Positions 25,381 through 38,947 are shown, counted from the first letter of the stretch. The stretch is DNA of 64,000 bases from Octopus sinensis (GCF_006345805.1 NC_043004.1:104222001-104286000); one strand, 5' to 3'. Numbers and translations are program-made. Notes: generated from the sequence alone by a model not told the origin.

Positions 25381-27027
25381 TATGTCCCAGAATGTCAACG
25401 AATGTTAACTGATAGACTGGTGTTCGATCTTGTAGGGATGATTTGTCTTTCACGAGTCTGACGTTAGAATATTAAGGACTTACTGTCTTTGAAAATATTA
25501 ATCCCATCACAATCTTCATTAAGTTTACAACATTCCCGCCACTTCTTGAAGTGGTCTGTTCTTTTTTATGACATCTGTTAACGAGGGGAGCTAGAATTTT
25601 CAAAAACCCTTATAAAACGCAACATTTCCTGGCTGGTGTTCCCTCGAAACCTTAGGGTTTCGCGAGAGGTCGTTAAGAGTTCTTCGGGAAATAGCCTAAT
25701 TCCATACAAATGCATGTCGCAGTCCAATGACTGAAACAAGTAAAGGAAAGAGTAGAAAGAGAATTCCGAGTAGGGGCAGGCGTGGCTGTGGTAAGAAGCT
25801 CGCATCCTAACCACATGGTTCCGGTTCAGTCCCACTGCGTGGCACCTTGGGCAAGTGTCTCTTACAATAACATCGGGCTGAATAAAGCTTTGTGATTGGA
25901 TTTGGTAGACGGAAACTGAAAGAAGCCCGTCTTATATGTGTGTGTCTGTCTGTGTTTGTGCCCCACCCCACCCCCACCTTCGCTTGACAACCGATGTTGT
26001 TGTGTTTGTGCCCCCGTAACATTAGCAGTCCGGCACGAGAGTACCATAGAATAAGTACTTGGCTTACAAAGAATAAGTCCTCAGGTTGATTTCTTCTAAA
26101 AAAAACCCTTTAAGGCAGTGCTCTAGCATGGTCGCAATCAAATGACTGAAACGTGTAAAAGAAAGAAAAAAAAAGGAATAGTCCTTGAGGTAAAAAAAAA
26201 AATGTGGCATCTATAAGTAGTTAGAATTACGTTTAAGGGAACATGGCCTCTTGATAGGAAACTAAAATGGAAAAATGCTTTGTAGTATTTAGATATGGCT
26301 CTTCACGTTCTAAGCTCCAAATTCCGCCAAGATCAACTTTGCCTTTCATTCATTGGGGGTGAATAAAATAAAATACCAGTTATGTACTGGAGTCGTTGTA
26401 ATCAACTAACTTTCTCCTCACAATATTACGGGCTTTGTGCCTATATTAGAAAAGGATAATTTCATTTACATCTCTGATGACTGGCGCTTTACATTCGTTT
26501 GTTTAATCTTCTTAGCAGTGACGTCCATAAATCTTCTGATTTTTTCCTTTAATGTAATTGTTGTATAGCGCCGGGGTGAAAACGCTTCCTGCAATACCAG
26601 AGAATATGAAGAAAACACTGCAAGTGCTTGTCCCCACGCCATCTCTCTCTCTCAGTATTTTTGTCCTCTTGTCATTTCATCGAACATAGCTGCAGGCGTT
26701 ACTTCACTACATCAAATAACGGCTTTGTGGAAAGGCATAAACACATAAACCTATCTCTCTCCTTAATAAAAATACATTTAAAATGTAAAACTATTTATAT
26801 TCCTATCTATCTGTTTCTATATCATATGTATGATTGGTTATCGGTCCATCCAACCGTTTTTGTTGTGCCTCTCTATTTCAACATCGAATCGACGAAGTAC
26901 TCTGCTGTTATTTATTTTATCGCCCCCGGATTGTTGTAAAGCAATGCTACCCCTGGCAGGAATCAAACTCACAATGTGAAACAGTATAAACTAAATAGTA
27001 GTTCTGGCATTCATCATAGTCCATCTA

Positions 27028-27595
27028 TTGTTTTTAACCCTGATCGAGTGGGCCGTTAACCAAAGGCTTTCCGCCCATGACAATCTAGCCGTCTATTCAG
27101 TATGATCAGGACAATTTTACTGAATGTATCCTTTCTTCGTTTAAGACGAAGTGTACTTTAAATGGAAATAAAATTGGTTGCTATTTCTAGCATGTCGAAG
27201 AGGCTTTGTTGTTGTTTAACCCCAGGCCAAATCTAATCAAACAAACCTATGATCAAAGTTACTCCATCTGTGACCATCCTGTCCCGTATGTCTAGGACCA
27301 CATTACTGAGTGTATCCTTTCTTCTTTTAAGACAAACCGTGTGCTTTGAGGGGGTGATTCAGTTGTTATTTCTAGCAAGTCGAGCGACCGCGTAGAGGCC
27401 CTGCTGTCACTTCGTGTGTGTGTCATTGTTTAACCACCAGCTCAGCTCTTATCAAACAAACCTATGATCACAGTTATTCCAGATAGTATTATCCAACCCG
27501 TCCCTTTCAAAAACTGTCGGGTTTGATTTGAAGGAAGTAGGTTGATATTTCTAGCTGGTCGAGTGAACCACATAGGGGCTTCCGCGTCGGCTCGT
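27028..27595 (-). repeat. Three diverged tandem copies of a ~190-bp dispersed repeat
   Basis: Recurring GTTTAACC..CAAACCTATGATCA..CTATTTCTAGC..GTCGAG units. Related fragments at 14510-14640, 22260-22350, 22925-23080. Confidence 0.65.
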
Positions 27596-27819
27596 GGTGG
27601 AATACTTTTAACTATTTTGAGTTCAAATCATGCCTAGTTTGATTATATCTTTGTTACATCCCTTCGAGGTTAATAAAGCACGTACCAGCAGGATACAACT
27701 GACAGTAGCAAAGTTATAAATACCAACACCATGTGGGACGAGAAACCACCAGGCCTGTGTGAGAAGAATACGTGGGAGGCGAAGTCGCTTGTGAAGACAG
27801 CTATTTGTCGTCGCCCTGA

Positions 27820-27873
27820 TGACGTCACAACACATACAACGTGTGACGTCACATAATTCTGAGAAATATATAA
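27820..27873. promoter_or_regulatory. Two perfect CRE palindromes and a TATA-like motif in a CpG-rich segment
   Basis: TGACGTCA at 27820-27827 and 27844-27851, TATATAA at 27867-27873. Confidence 0.5.
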
Positions 27874-28523
27874 TGGCCTGGTGGGTGCGTGGAAGGGTAC
27901 GTAAAGGAGTTTTAGAGGTAACAGCGAGCACTCTATTTTTATTTTTGATTGACCCGGAAGAATGTTCGACTCTTGTTTCGATTACCCGGTTGTGGAAAGA
28001 ATCAGTATCACTTACTCACACGTCTATTTTTTAAAAGAACTATTGTCTTAATGCTTCTAGGAATAATCAATATAGTGGTGAAAGCTGTAGATAAAGAAGC
28101 AGTTTCTAAATGCTAGTGCTGTCGAAGAGCTGCTGCTACTACTACTACTAGCTTCGAGGTGAGCGCATGAACGTCATGTAATCTCTTCCACTCCTACCGT
28201 CGCTGCTAAAATATAGGACTTTCGAGAACCCCGCCAACCCGCGAACGAAATTGTCTTTTCTTGGGATATACGTAGGCGGACTTAAAACTGGGACAGGCAG
28301 CCCACCAGTTGTGAAAAGAACAGAGGAGGAAGTGGAGGAGGTTTTATCGAAAAGATAAATGAATATTAATAAAGTTGAATTAATAGTAACAATAATAATG
28401 ATAATAATAACAAAATAATGAAGATATCGAAATAGTATAACTGACGATTCTATTCACGTCTATAGTCATTTTATAGACATATATCCGTTAATATGTACGG
28501 ATGACGGTATACACATACATAGA

Positions 28524-28560
<37 letters not shown>

Positions 28561-28739
28561 CTGTGTGTATACATCTCTATCTGTATGTTTCAGTTATAGA
28601 ATGGTTGTCATGTTGGGATATCGCCTTGAAGGGTTTGTTTACGTTATCTAATCCAGCCAACCGCTAATTTACGAAGACGTAAACAAACCAATGTCGGTTA
28701 TCAATTGATGAAAGACAAGCACAAGGATATGTATATATA

Positions 28740-29152
28740 TTTCTTTACTGCACACAAGGGGCTAAACATAGAGGGGACAAACAAGGACAAACAAAGGGAT
28801 TAAGTCGATTACATCGACACCAGTGCGAAACTGGTACTTTATTTATCGACCCTGAAAGGATGAAAGGCAAAGTCGACCTCGGAGGAATTTGAACTCAGAA
28901 CGTAAAGACGGACGAAATACCTATTTCTTTATTACCCACAAGGGGCTAAACATAGAGGGGACAAACAAGGACAGACATTGGTATTAAGTCGATTACATGG
29001 ACCCTAGTTCGTAACTGGTACTTAATTTATCAACCCCGAAAGGATGAAAGGCAAAGTCGACCTCCGGGGTATTTGAACTCAGAACGTAACGACAGACGAA
29101 ATACCGCTAAGCATTTCGCCCGGCACGCTAACGTATCTGGCAGCTCGCCGCC
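28740..29152 (-). mobile_element. SINE family B tandem dimer
   Basis: Two head-to-tail minus-strand bodies with one head. Confidence 0.85.
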
Positions 29153-29181
29153 TTATGAAATGTATATATATATATATATAT

Positions 29182-29555
29182 AGGCGCAGGAGTGGCTATG
29201 TGGTAAATAGCTTTGCTTACCAACCACATGGTCCCACTGCGTGGCACCTTAGGCAAGTGCCTTCTACTATAGCCTCGGGTCGACCAAAGCCTTAAGTGGA
29301 TTTGGTTGACGGAAACTGAAAGAAGCCCGTCGTGTGTGTATGTGTGTGTGTGTATGTGTTTGTGTGTGTCTGTCTCCCAAGTATCTCTTGACAACTGATA
29401 CTGGTGTGTTTATCTCCCTGTAACTTAGCGGTTTGGCAAAAGTGACCGATCGAATAAGTACTTGGCTTACAAAGAATAAGTCCTGGGGTTGATTTGTTTG
29501 ACTAAAGGCAGTACTCCAGCATGGCCATAATCAAATGACTGAAACAAATAAAATA
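29182..29555 (+). mobile_element. SINE family A
   Basis: Full-length, moderately diverged. Confidence 0.85.
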
Positions 29556-30174
29556 ATATATATACGTTTAACTCAAAGCATCTCCAAGAAATATTAAGAA
29601 AAGAATTTGTAAAATAATTATTTACTTTTTTTGTGGTGCAGTTTTTTTTTTCTTGTTTTATAATTCCTTGTAGCAGTTATATCCATTATTAACCTGTCTG
29701 CTTATGAACTTCTTTGAGGATCTTTTGAAATGAAAACAACCTTTATATCTAAACACTGCAAGCCCTTAGCCAAATACTAAGTTGTTAAAACCCAGGATCA
29801 TTCCACATCTCTGCTGTTATCATGAACATTATGTTGTTTGGTTTCCCTATGATGTCCTCAGGAACATTTTATTTTGACTTTACAGTATCCAGGAACCTGC
29901 TATGTATGCTGTCTAAGTAGATAATTTATTCCAGACAAAATTTTTTGTGCTTCCATTTTGTCCATGCCATTGTCTTAGGTTTCAGTAGCATGCATATGTT
30001 AACCATCAAAAATTTCTTTATAATAGGTAAGTTTCCCCATCTAAGAACTTAGTCAGTTGTTGAAAGATGCACCATAAAAAGTAAGAATTGAATGCTGAAG
30101 TAGGCCATGGTCTATAGGTTGAACCAAGCTGGTTGTGTGTTTGGAGGCAGGAAAAGTACTTTAAAAGTACTTTA

Positions 30175-30410
30175 AGGCAATGAGCTGGCTTAAACGTTAG
30201 CACACCGGGCGAAATGCTTAGCAGTATTTTGTCTGTCTTTACGTTCTGAGCTCAAATTCCGCCGAGGTCGACTTTGCCTTTCATCCTTTCAGGGTTGATT
30301 AAATAAGTACCATTTACGCACTGGGGTCGAAATAATCGACTTAATCCCCTTTGTCTGTCCTTGTTTGTCCTCTCTATGTTTAGCCCCTTGTGGGTAGTAA
30401 AGAAATAAGA
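30175..30410 (+). mobile_element. SINE family B
   Basis: Full length. AAAAGTACTTTAA repeated on both flanks (TSD). Confidence 0.85.
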
Positions 30411-33400
30411 AAAAGTACTTTAACCATATCCGTCAGCTCATCCAGGTTAGGTGAGTAATCTGGAACATAGTTCACAAAAAGCAAGCTTTTATTTTTAAGC
30501 TTCTTAGACTAGCTAACAGTATTCTTCAAGTGTTGGGCAAATATGACATAAACTAATCTGTCCTGCTATCCCACCTCACTTGTGTGTGTGTGTGTGTGTT
30601 TATTTGATCCCTGTGTCACAGGATTTAACACAGCCTTTTATAGTTATTGTCATCTCTGAATGATAACATGGCTTAGGTTTTAGATCTCTTGAAGCATTAC
30701 TATCATGTAGGAAAGATATATGATTCCTGGCAGCCTTGAAATGTGGTACCCTAATTTTTTCTTCAAAATCTAAGTTTGATTTGACACATCTCAGCTAAAT
30801 TAAAAATTTACTCCTTTATACTTCTTTATCAATAATGATTCTTTGTGAAGCTGGAAAAGCAGTCTCAGCTTTTTTACTGACCCTTGCAAGCTCCTTTTAT
30901 CAGAAAGTGATGCAATTTTGAGTGATTCTTGAAATGCTTAAGCCAGCCATGACTTACCTTGAAGTTTTCACTCTTAGTTCTAGATACCTGTTTTCTTAAC
31001 TCATTGGCATTCAAACCAGCTATATCACCTGTTTTATGTTCAAGCCAGCCTTAACTGGCCCAAATATTCTACTTGTTTTATGTTTAAACCAGCCAGGTCT
31101 AGCCTGTCACACCTACTCTACAGTGTCATTCTAAAAATAAACAGTCACGTCGTCAAAAGTTCAGAGCTATGAGATAATGCATAATTAGTTCAAAATAATG
31201 TGAACAAATAAGCATTACATTTGACAGAGTAATTCATTATACTTAAGGCTTTCATTTGCATGGCATATTGTGAATGGGCAGTAATAGTGATGTATCTGCT
31301 ATATCCACATTTTCCATTATGGTGGTTCTATTCTCAGTTAATTTTGCAACAGCCAATTTTGTATGCTTTTGAATAAAAGCTTTAATTTCTTTCAGCCTTA
31401 CTGCAAATTGTTTATACAGTTGTTGGTTTCAGTGCGAGTGTTCTTCCAATACCTACTGTTCACTGTTTTTCGTGGAATGTATGCATGTGGTGTATCTGTG
31501 TCTTCCTCCTGACCTGGTTATTAGTGTCACCATTGGGTGCATGCCACATTGCTCTTCAGGAGGTCTTGTGTAAGAACAGTTTGTCAGCTAGGATAACTTT
31601 GTGGCTGCTGACTAATTAATTCTAACTTACAGTTTATCATCATTTTTGTTCCTTATTCGAGCATGCTTTGAGTGTTCTAGTATCCTGAAATGATAAAGAC
31701 ATTTTCCTTTGGTGACTTTCTCTAGGTCTCACATACACACAACATATACACACATGTTTGTTTAAAATAAATTATCCCTTACCTATAAAACTTGGTCTTA
31801 AAAGAGAAATGCAAGGCACCCAGAACTTATCTGACAAGTTACATACATGATGAAGCGATAAACTTAATTAATTTCCGTAAAAGTAATCGTTAGCTTAGTC
31901 TTTATGTATGTCATAAATTCCATTATAAAAAATTATGTTAAACTAAACTAGAAGTTTCTCTTAAGTTAAGTTTTCATTTTTCAATTAAGAAAACAAAATT
32001 TTCAATTTGAAATTAAACATTTTTATTTTGCTTGTTTGTTTTTACATCATGAATATTTATAGCCATTATAAAGATAGAACAGTAAGTAAAACAAGAAAGA
32101 AAGGAAGAAAGAAAAAATGTTGCCTGTGAACGTGATTTTCCTTTCTCTTTTTTTTTTTTTTGACAACATATTTGACTATAAATATCCGTTTGTACAAATA
32201 CATACAAATACGCCTCTTGTTGACATACACTCATTGTACTTTCGTTATCTCCAGTTTTCTGTGTCAGTCCTAAGCAGGCAAACGATATCCAAGTCAGTTC
32301 GGTGTACGGTGACTTCAATTAGCCATTCTCTTATTACCTCTTCACTGAGTACAATTATAGTTAATGATTAGCTGAGGAAGTTTAATAATACCAATACATG
32401 CCTGGAGTTGTCTTTCATGCTCACTGAAATGATTATTAAAATTATATTTGTCATTTAGCCTCCGTAGCTTTGTTTTGTTTTTATTTTTATTGAATAAATA
32501 TTTCTTTGAATAAATATTCCCTGTTAAAGTAATGTGGTTACCCATAATACTTAGTGTAAGTTAGTCAATAGATTTTAATTACACATATCTTTCACTTGTT
32601 TCAGTCATTAGACTACGGCCATGCCTGGGCACTGTTTTGAAGAAATTTAATTGAATGAATTGACCCCAGAACTTATATTTTAAAGCTAGCTTGATACTTA
32701 TTCTATTGGTCTTTTTTGCAGAGCCACTAAGTTACAGGGATGTAAACACACAAAGACAGACACACACATACACACAAACACATAAACACACACACACACA
32801 CGCACGCACGCACTTATACACGCGCTTGCATATATGTATGTATGTATGATGGGATTCTTTCAGTTTCTGTTTACCAAATCCACTCTCAAGCTTTGGTTAG
32901 CCAGAGGCTATAAGAAGACTCGCCCAAGGTGCCACGCAGTGGGATTAAACTCTGAACCATGTGTTTGGAAAATAGATTTCTTACCACACAACCACACGCA
33001 CACACACACACCACACACACACACAAAAAGTCGTTATTGTTTAATAGTGCACAGGAAACAACCTTGGAATTGAAATTAATTTTAAAATAGAATGCAGTGG
33101 GGAGTGGATTTGGTCTTTAGCTATATGGACAACACAAAACATGTTTTGGTGTTATGAGATCTCATCAGCAAACGTAGTCTTACAGTTATTACCAGATCTT
33201 GATGTGTGTGTGTGTGTGTGTGTGTGTGTGTCATTTTAGTGAATTAAAACTGAGTGGTATCATAACTTAAAAAATAATGACTGAAATGAAGGAATATATA
33301 AGGTTACACACGCTCGCATGTACACACACACACACACACGCACGCACGTATGTACACACGCATGCACACACACACACACACACTGAGTGATTTGCATAGT

Positions 33401-33656
33401 AATGTAACAGAAATAGTAATTAAGTTACTAATTAATAAAGTTGTTAATCAAGTTATTATTAACATAATTAATGTAGGGAGCATGAAAAGGGTTTACTAGA
33501 AACAATTACGTAATGAGGGGGTGAAAAATAACATAAGTCATGTGACTTGTATTATTTTAATTTGACAAAACTGCTTTGAAGTATATTTGTTCTGACTCTT
33601 GACACTTTGAGTTCACTTCCTGTATCTTTCATCCTACTCAGGTTGATAATACAAGG

Positions 33657-33810
33657 CAAGCGTGGGTGACCTTTTTTGAGAGCGGGGAGGGCCTCATGAG
33701 ACATGGATCATCATAAGGTGGGCTGCATTACGAAAAACTTTGAAGGTAGTTTTTGATTGGAGTACTTCCATCCAGAAAGTCTCGTAGGCCATAGTTTGCC
33801 CATGACTGAT
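33657..33810. mobile_element. Decayed hAT-like MITE
   Basis: CAAGCGTGGGTGACC ... AGTTTGCCCATGACTG imperfect inverted ends. Confidence 0.4.
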
Positions 33811-34090
33811 CTAAAGTCTCAGTTAAGTACTTGGCTCAATCTAATCAACTAATCCTACCCTTTCTAGTTTGTGGCCTTGTGCCTGTGACAGAAATTATGA
33901 TTACACCAAATGCAGCAGACAACTCTGGATAAGTTTCTGCAATATTTGACCTCATCCGCAAAGTATGCACTTCATCAAATTTTGACACAAGGCCAGCAAT
34001 TCTGGAGGAGGGGTTAAGTTGATTACATCGACCCCGGTGCTCAATGGTTATTTTATTGACCCCAAAAGAATGAAAGGCAAAGTTGACTTC

Positions 34091-34320
34091 AGCGAGCTGG
34101 CAGAAACGTTAGCACGTTTGGCAAAATGCTTAGCGGTATTTTGTCTGATGCTACGTTCTGAGTTCAAATTCTGCTGAGGTCGACTTTGCCTTTCATCCTT
34201 TCGGGGTCGATTAAATAAGTACCAGTTACGCACTGGGGTCGATATAATCAACTTAATCCATTTGTCTGTCCTTGTTTGTCCCCTCTGTGTGTAGCCCCTT
34301 GTGGGTAGTAAAGAAATAAG
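34091..34320 (+). mobile_element. SINE family B inserted in an older antisense relative
   Basis: 28-bp TSD 34066-34093 / 34318-34345 with one mismatch. Confidence 0.85.
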
Positions 34321-35449
34321 AATGAAAGGCAAAGTTGACCTCAGCAGAATTTGAATTCAGATCATAAAGACAGACGAAATGTAGATAAGCATTTTACCAT
34401 GCATGATTCTGCCAACTTGCCACTTTATGATTTCAAATTTTGGCACAAGGCCAGCAATTTCCTGGGGTGGGGTGAGTTGGTTAAGTCAATAACATTGACT
34501 CCAATACTCACCTAGTACTTATTTTATTGATGCTGAAGGATGAAACGCAAAGTCGACCTCAGTGGAATTTGAACACAGATTATAAAGAAGGACAAAATGC
34601 GGCTGCTAAGCATTTTGCTTGGTGTGCTGATGATTCTGCCAGCTCACAGCCCTATACTTACCAAAGTAATAATGAGAAGATCATGAAGTCGATGTACAAG
34701 ATTGTACACCTGTTCATATAGAAAATTGAATTGTTCAGAGATCACAAAGATCATGAGATACCTAGTTCAGTTAACATCAACATGTTTAAACACGTGAATT
34801 GAATTTCTAAATGTGCTTCGATTCATCATCATCATCATCAATTAAACACCCACTTTCCCATGTTCACATGGAATCTGTTGAGACAGATTTTCTATGGCTT
34901 GATACTTTTCCTGTCACCAACCCTCACCTGTTTCCAGGTAAGGTAATATTTCCTCATAACCAGAATATCACAGAATATTGGAAATGAAGGTCACTGCTTG
35001 CATTATGGTAACATTCATTTACAACTATCACACAAAGACAAGGAGAAAATAACATAGACACACACACATATATATATAGATGACCAGCTTCTTTCAGTTT
35101 TTGTCTACCAAATCCACTCACAAGGCTTTGGTTGGCCTAGGGCTGAAGACACCAGCCTAAGTTGTAGCATATTGGGACTGATCTCAAGATTACATGGTTG
35201 AGAAATAAGCTTCTTAACCACACTGCTACATAAAGCTAAGTGAGTTTTCTTTACCATAAAATGTATTCTAGTTACTAATAAGTGTTCAAAACAGACCTAA
35301 TTCCATTTCAGAACCAAGCTTTTGTTCATTCCTCACAACACATCAAACAGAAAAAAACCCCCAAAAAACCAAAGGATCAAAGATCCTTCCCAAACCGTGG
35401 GATCATAAAGCTGGATTCCCAGATTATGAGACATATATATATATATACA

Positions 35450-35870
35450 TATTGTTGTTGGCATCGTTTTGTCTCGGGAGACAGTGGAGTTGCGCATTAA
35501 GTAATCCAGTCTGGTATTTACATTTCATGTCCTCTCCAGTTTTGCGCAGGCCTGGGCTGGATGCAACAAAATCCTGGGTAGCCCAGTTGTCAGGATTCCT
35601 CTCTCGACCTTGCTGACGTAGTCCAAAGGAGTGCAGAGCATTATGTTTGGCACCAGCATGGTTGCAGGAACTGCCGGAAGAGTGTCGAGTCGAACACTAA
35701 ACCGTCTACGGGGTTCCACTCCGGATTTCTTTGAAGGTTGTCTCCTTTCTGTAACCCTGGATAGGGGCCCATACAGGGTACTATCAGCCGGAGCCAGCTG
35801 AGCCTGGGACTCTTGTCAGGCAGGGTCGTCACTCCCTGAAGTAGTGAAGAAAATCGCTACCCATTACCTG
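35450..35870 (+). mobile_element. RTE-clade LINE 5' UTR-like fragment
   Basis: CCCAGTTGTCAG..CCTCTCTCGACCTTGCTGACGTAGTCCAAAGG..TTTGGCACCAGC..GCAGGAACTGCCGG..TCCACTCCGGATT recalls RTE 5' UTRs (from memory, not aligned). Confidence 0.5.
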
Positions 35871-35885
35871 TATATATAAAATACA

Positions 35886-35927
<42 letters not shown>

Positions 35928-36008
35928 GGAAATCTACGAAAATAAACAAAAGACGAAGGCAGGTGGTGTACAAACAAACATTAGTATAGCGCTCAGGAAT
36001 AGAAAAAG

Positions 36009-36046
36009 TCTTTTACGGTTCGAACCTACGCTCTTCCACAGAAAGA
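36009..36046 (-). ncRNA. Degenerate minimal hammerhead motif inside a (TA)n-inserted Penelope-like fragment (35925-36150)
   Basis: Minus strand TCTTT-CTGTGGA-A-GAGC(GTAG)GTTC-GAAC-CG-TA-AAAGA. Stems I and II pair, two core substitutions. Confidence 0.45.
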
Positions 36047-37394
36047 TACACAGAAAAAAACAAGGAGAGAAAAAAATGTGTGTAGTAGCTAACGATCTAT
36101 CATGGCGTCTGACTTCGGACAGAATGGTCAGACGGGAGAGGGGAAGTGGGGTATATATACTCTATTTTAGCATACATAAGAAACCCTTTTTTGTCAAAAA
36201 TTAGGTTAAAAAATATGGGAGTTTCTTATACATGGATACATGGATAGTATTATAATCTCCTTTCCCCCACCCCCTGGACTGGACTCCAGACCATCACAGG
36301 CTTAATCATTTTTGCCATATGAGTGAACTTGAATAATGTGAATTGAAGCGTTTTGCTCAAGAACAACAATGCATCACCCAGTCCAGGAATCGAAACCACA
36401 ATCTTATGATATTGAATGCAACACCCAAACCACCCAGCCATGTGCTTCCACCTCATAACATATAGTCTTTAAATTTTTGTTCATTCTTTAATTATGTACC
36501 CATATTCTGCAGGATCAACACCAAACCAGCACCACTGATAGTCAAAACTAGTTTACTTACTCCTGTAAATGCCATCAGGATACCTTAGCATTACAGTTTC
36601 ATTTATAATCTTAGTGTGTGAACATATATGCAATTGTAGACTTTGTTGCAATTTAAAAAAAAAATGCAGCTGAAGTTGGAAAATTATGTTTTGCGACTAT
36701 TCTATGTTATTTTCACCCCCCCCCACACACATGTTTGAATGTGTGCTATACACACATACACACACACACTCACATATATATATATATTTATCCACACATA
36801 CATTCATACATAAAATTTCACTAAATACGTTTTTCAAACTTAAGACACACTATAAGGTTATTATTACCCAGATTATATTAAAATATATGTATTATATATA
36901 TGTTGTATACACACACACACATGTATATTATATTTTTTATACATGTGTGTGTGTCTGCATATAATATGCCCATATGAATGTATTTATAAATTAATATGCA
37001 GATAAATATCAGATAAATGTTTGAAGTTTTAAACAGAGGTGATTGTATACAATATTACACCAAAACACACACACACACACGTTTTTACATCAAGGAAAAG
37101 ATTTTCTTGAAAATATTTTATAATGAAAACATGAATGCATTTGAGTTTAATCATTTCTTATTAATGATTTTCCATATTTCCTTACTTGTGTATTTATTTA
37201 TTTTATCAATCATTTTTGGTTTCTCTTTTGAAACAGTAACTTTCCTAAGTCTATCAACATTTCAATACTTTCTCCTCTCACCTCCAGTATTGTTGTTGCT
37301 GCTGCTGCATGCACACATGTATAGACACAGTCATACAACGGACATTGTGTCATGGCTAAAAGAGTATGATCCCAAATACAAGCAATTGAAATGT

Positions 37395-37760
37395 GGTCCC
37401 TCTCAAGGAACTCTGGACTAACATTACTCAACAGGGTGCATTGCTTGGAGATCAAGGACTCTCTCAAGGTTCAGTCACTACTTCTTCACATTGACAGGTT
37501 ACAATTCCGGTACTACTGGACATGTGATTAGAATGTTGCAGGAAAGAATTGCAAGACAGATTCTTCAAGCTGAGTCAACTAGGGATAGACCAAGGAGAAG
37601 TTGGTTGGACAATATCCAAAGTCTCAGCTGGACATGCTTGGGAATCCAGTAGGAAAGTGTAATGATGGTTGCTTCTGATTGGACCCTATGGAAGAGGTGC
37701 TTGAGGACTCTATCTCCATGACCCTTCCAAGAACAGTGGGCAGAAAAGATGGATGACTAG
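37395..37760 (+). mobile_element. Decayed RTE (Expander/Rex3-like) 3' region
   Basis: Degenerate GHVIRMLQERIARQIL..RPRRSWLDNI..LSWTCLGI..ASDWTLW. Confidence 0.6.
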
Positions 37761-38840
37761 AATGACTTTTTCCTGGAAGAATAAATTTAACCTATTTTCA
37801 TTGCGTGAATTATTGATTCTGTCTCTGACGACCTTAAAAGTAATTAGTTTCTGTTGACTTGGAGTGTACTTCTCAGTCTATAAGTGTTCACATTTGGTCT
37901 AATATAATATTGATTTTGTACCTAAAATACAAGATCAGTTCCTCTGAGGAATATCTCATCTACTGAATTATCTGCCATTCTTATAGACACATTCTGCCAT
38001 CCTCTGTATGGGTGGATGTTTGACAGAATTAGAATGTTGGACAAAATAATACTTCTCTTCATGTTCTGAGTTTATGTATGAAGTTGACTTTGCTTTCCTG
38101 TAAAAAAAAAAGTACTAGGCTCAAGATTATGACATTTTGTACTCATATAAAAAAATAAATCCTTTATAAACTCACATTTTTTTAAGAGTCACAAAAGATA
38201 GGTTTGAACCTAGAACCATATTGTATTTAGTGTGGCGTTCTACCTTTCCAGCTATTCATATTTTTAAGTAAAAACAGGAGTCCAAGGAAGTTGGTGGTGG
38301 TGGTCGGCATTTTCAAAAATTCTTGAGTTTGTGAGTTTGATTAATTCATATGTCATAGAGGACAGAAATATGATGTTTTAGGGACTGTCCCTTTGTCTGA
38401 GATAGAAGCTGATTCAGGGCTCAACCTTCATCTAAAAGTGAGAGAAAAGAGAAAAGGAAGAATTTTCTCTGTCTGATAAAGAGTTAGATGTCTCTTCTCA
38501 TCACAAAATATAATCTTATCCAAATTCTCAAGCTTCTCTCTCCAAATTTTAATTCTGCTTACTACGTTGAAACTTGTATTTTAAAATATCAAATTATTTC
38601 TCTTTTGCTATCTTTGAGATTAAAGTTTGTTTATAGTGACAGAAAAATTCTAGTTGATACACACATCATACTCGTGATTGCTGGAATATTTTATATAGTA
38701 TATAAAACACAGATAGATTTCTATCTGTGTTTGATCATAGCACTACATGCATATGTCTGTGTGTGAGTGTGTGTGTGTGTATGTGTATGTATGTGTGCGT
38801 GTATATATATATATATATATACACACATATATATATATAC

Positions 38841-38892
<52 letters not shown>

Positions 38893-38915
38893 ACACATAT
38901 ATATACACATACATA

Positions 38916-38947
<32 letters not shown>

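Noticed and set aside
25144-25461. Recurring ORFs such as MSSNARGTN..RLLSVSVYQIHSQG..PEPCGW at many positions
   Set aside because: Chance frames in SINE family A, not a gene family.
27028-27595. Regularly spaced repeats considered as a CRISPR-like array
   Set aside because: Units are ~190 bp, diverged along their full length, eukaryotic context, no cas genes.
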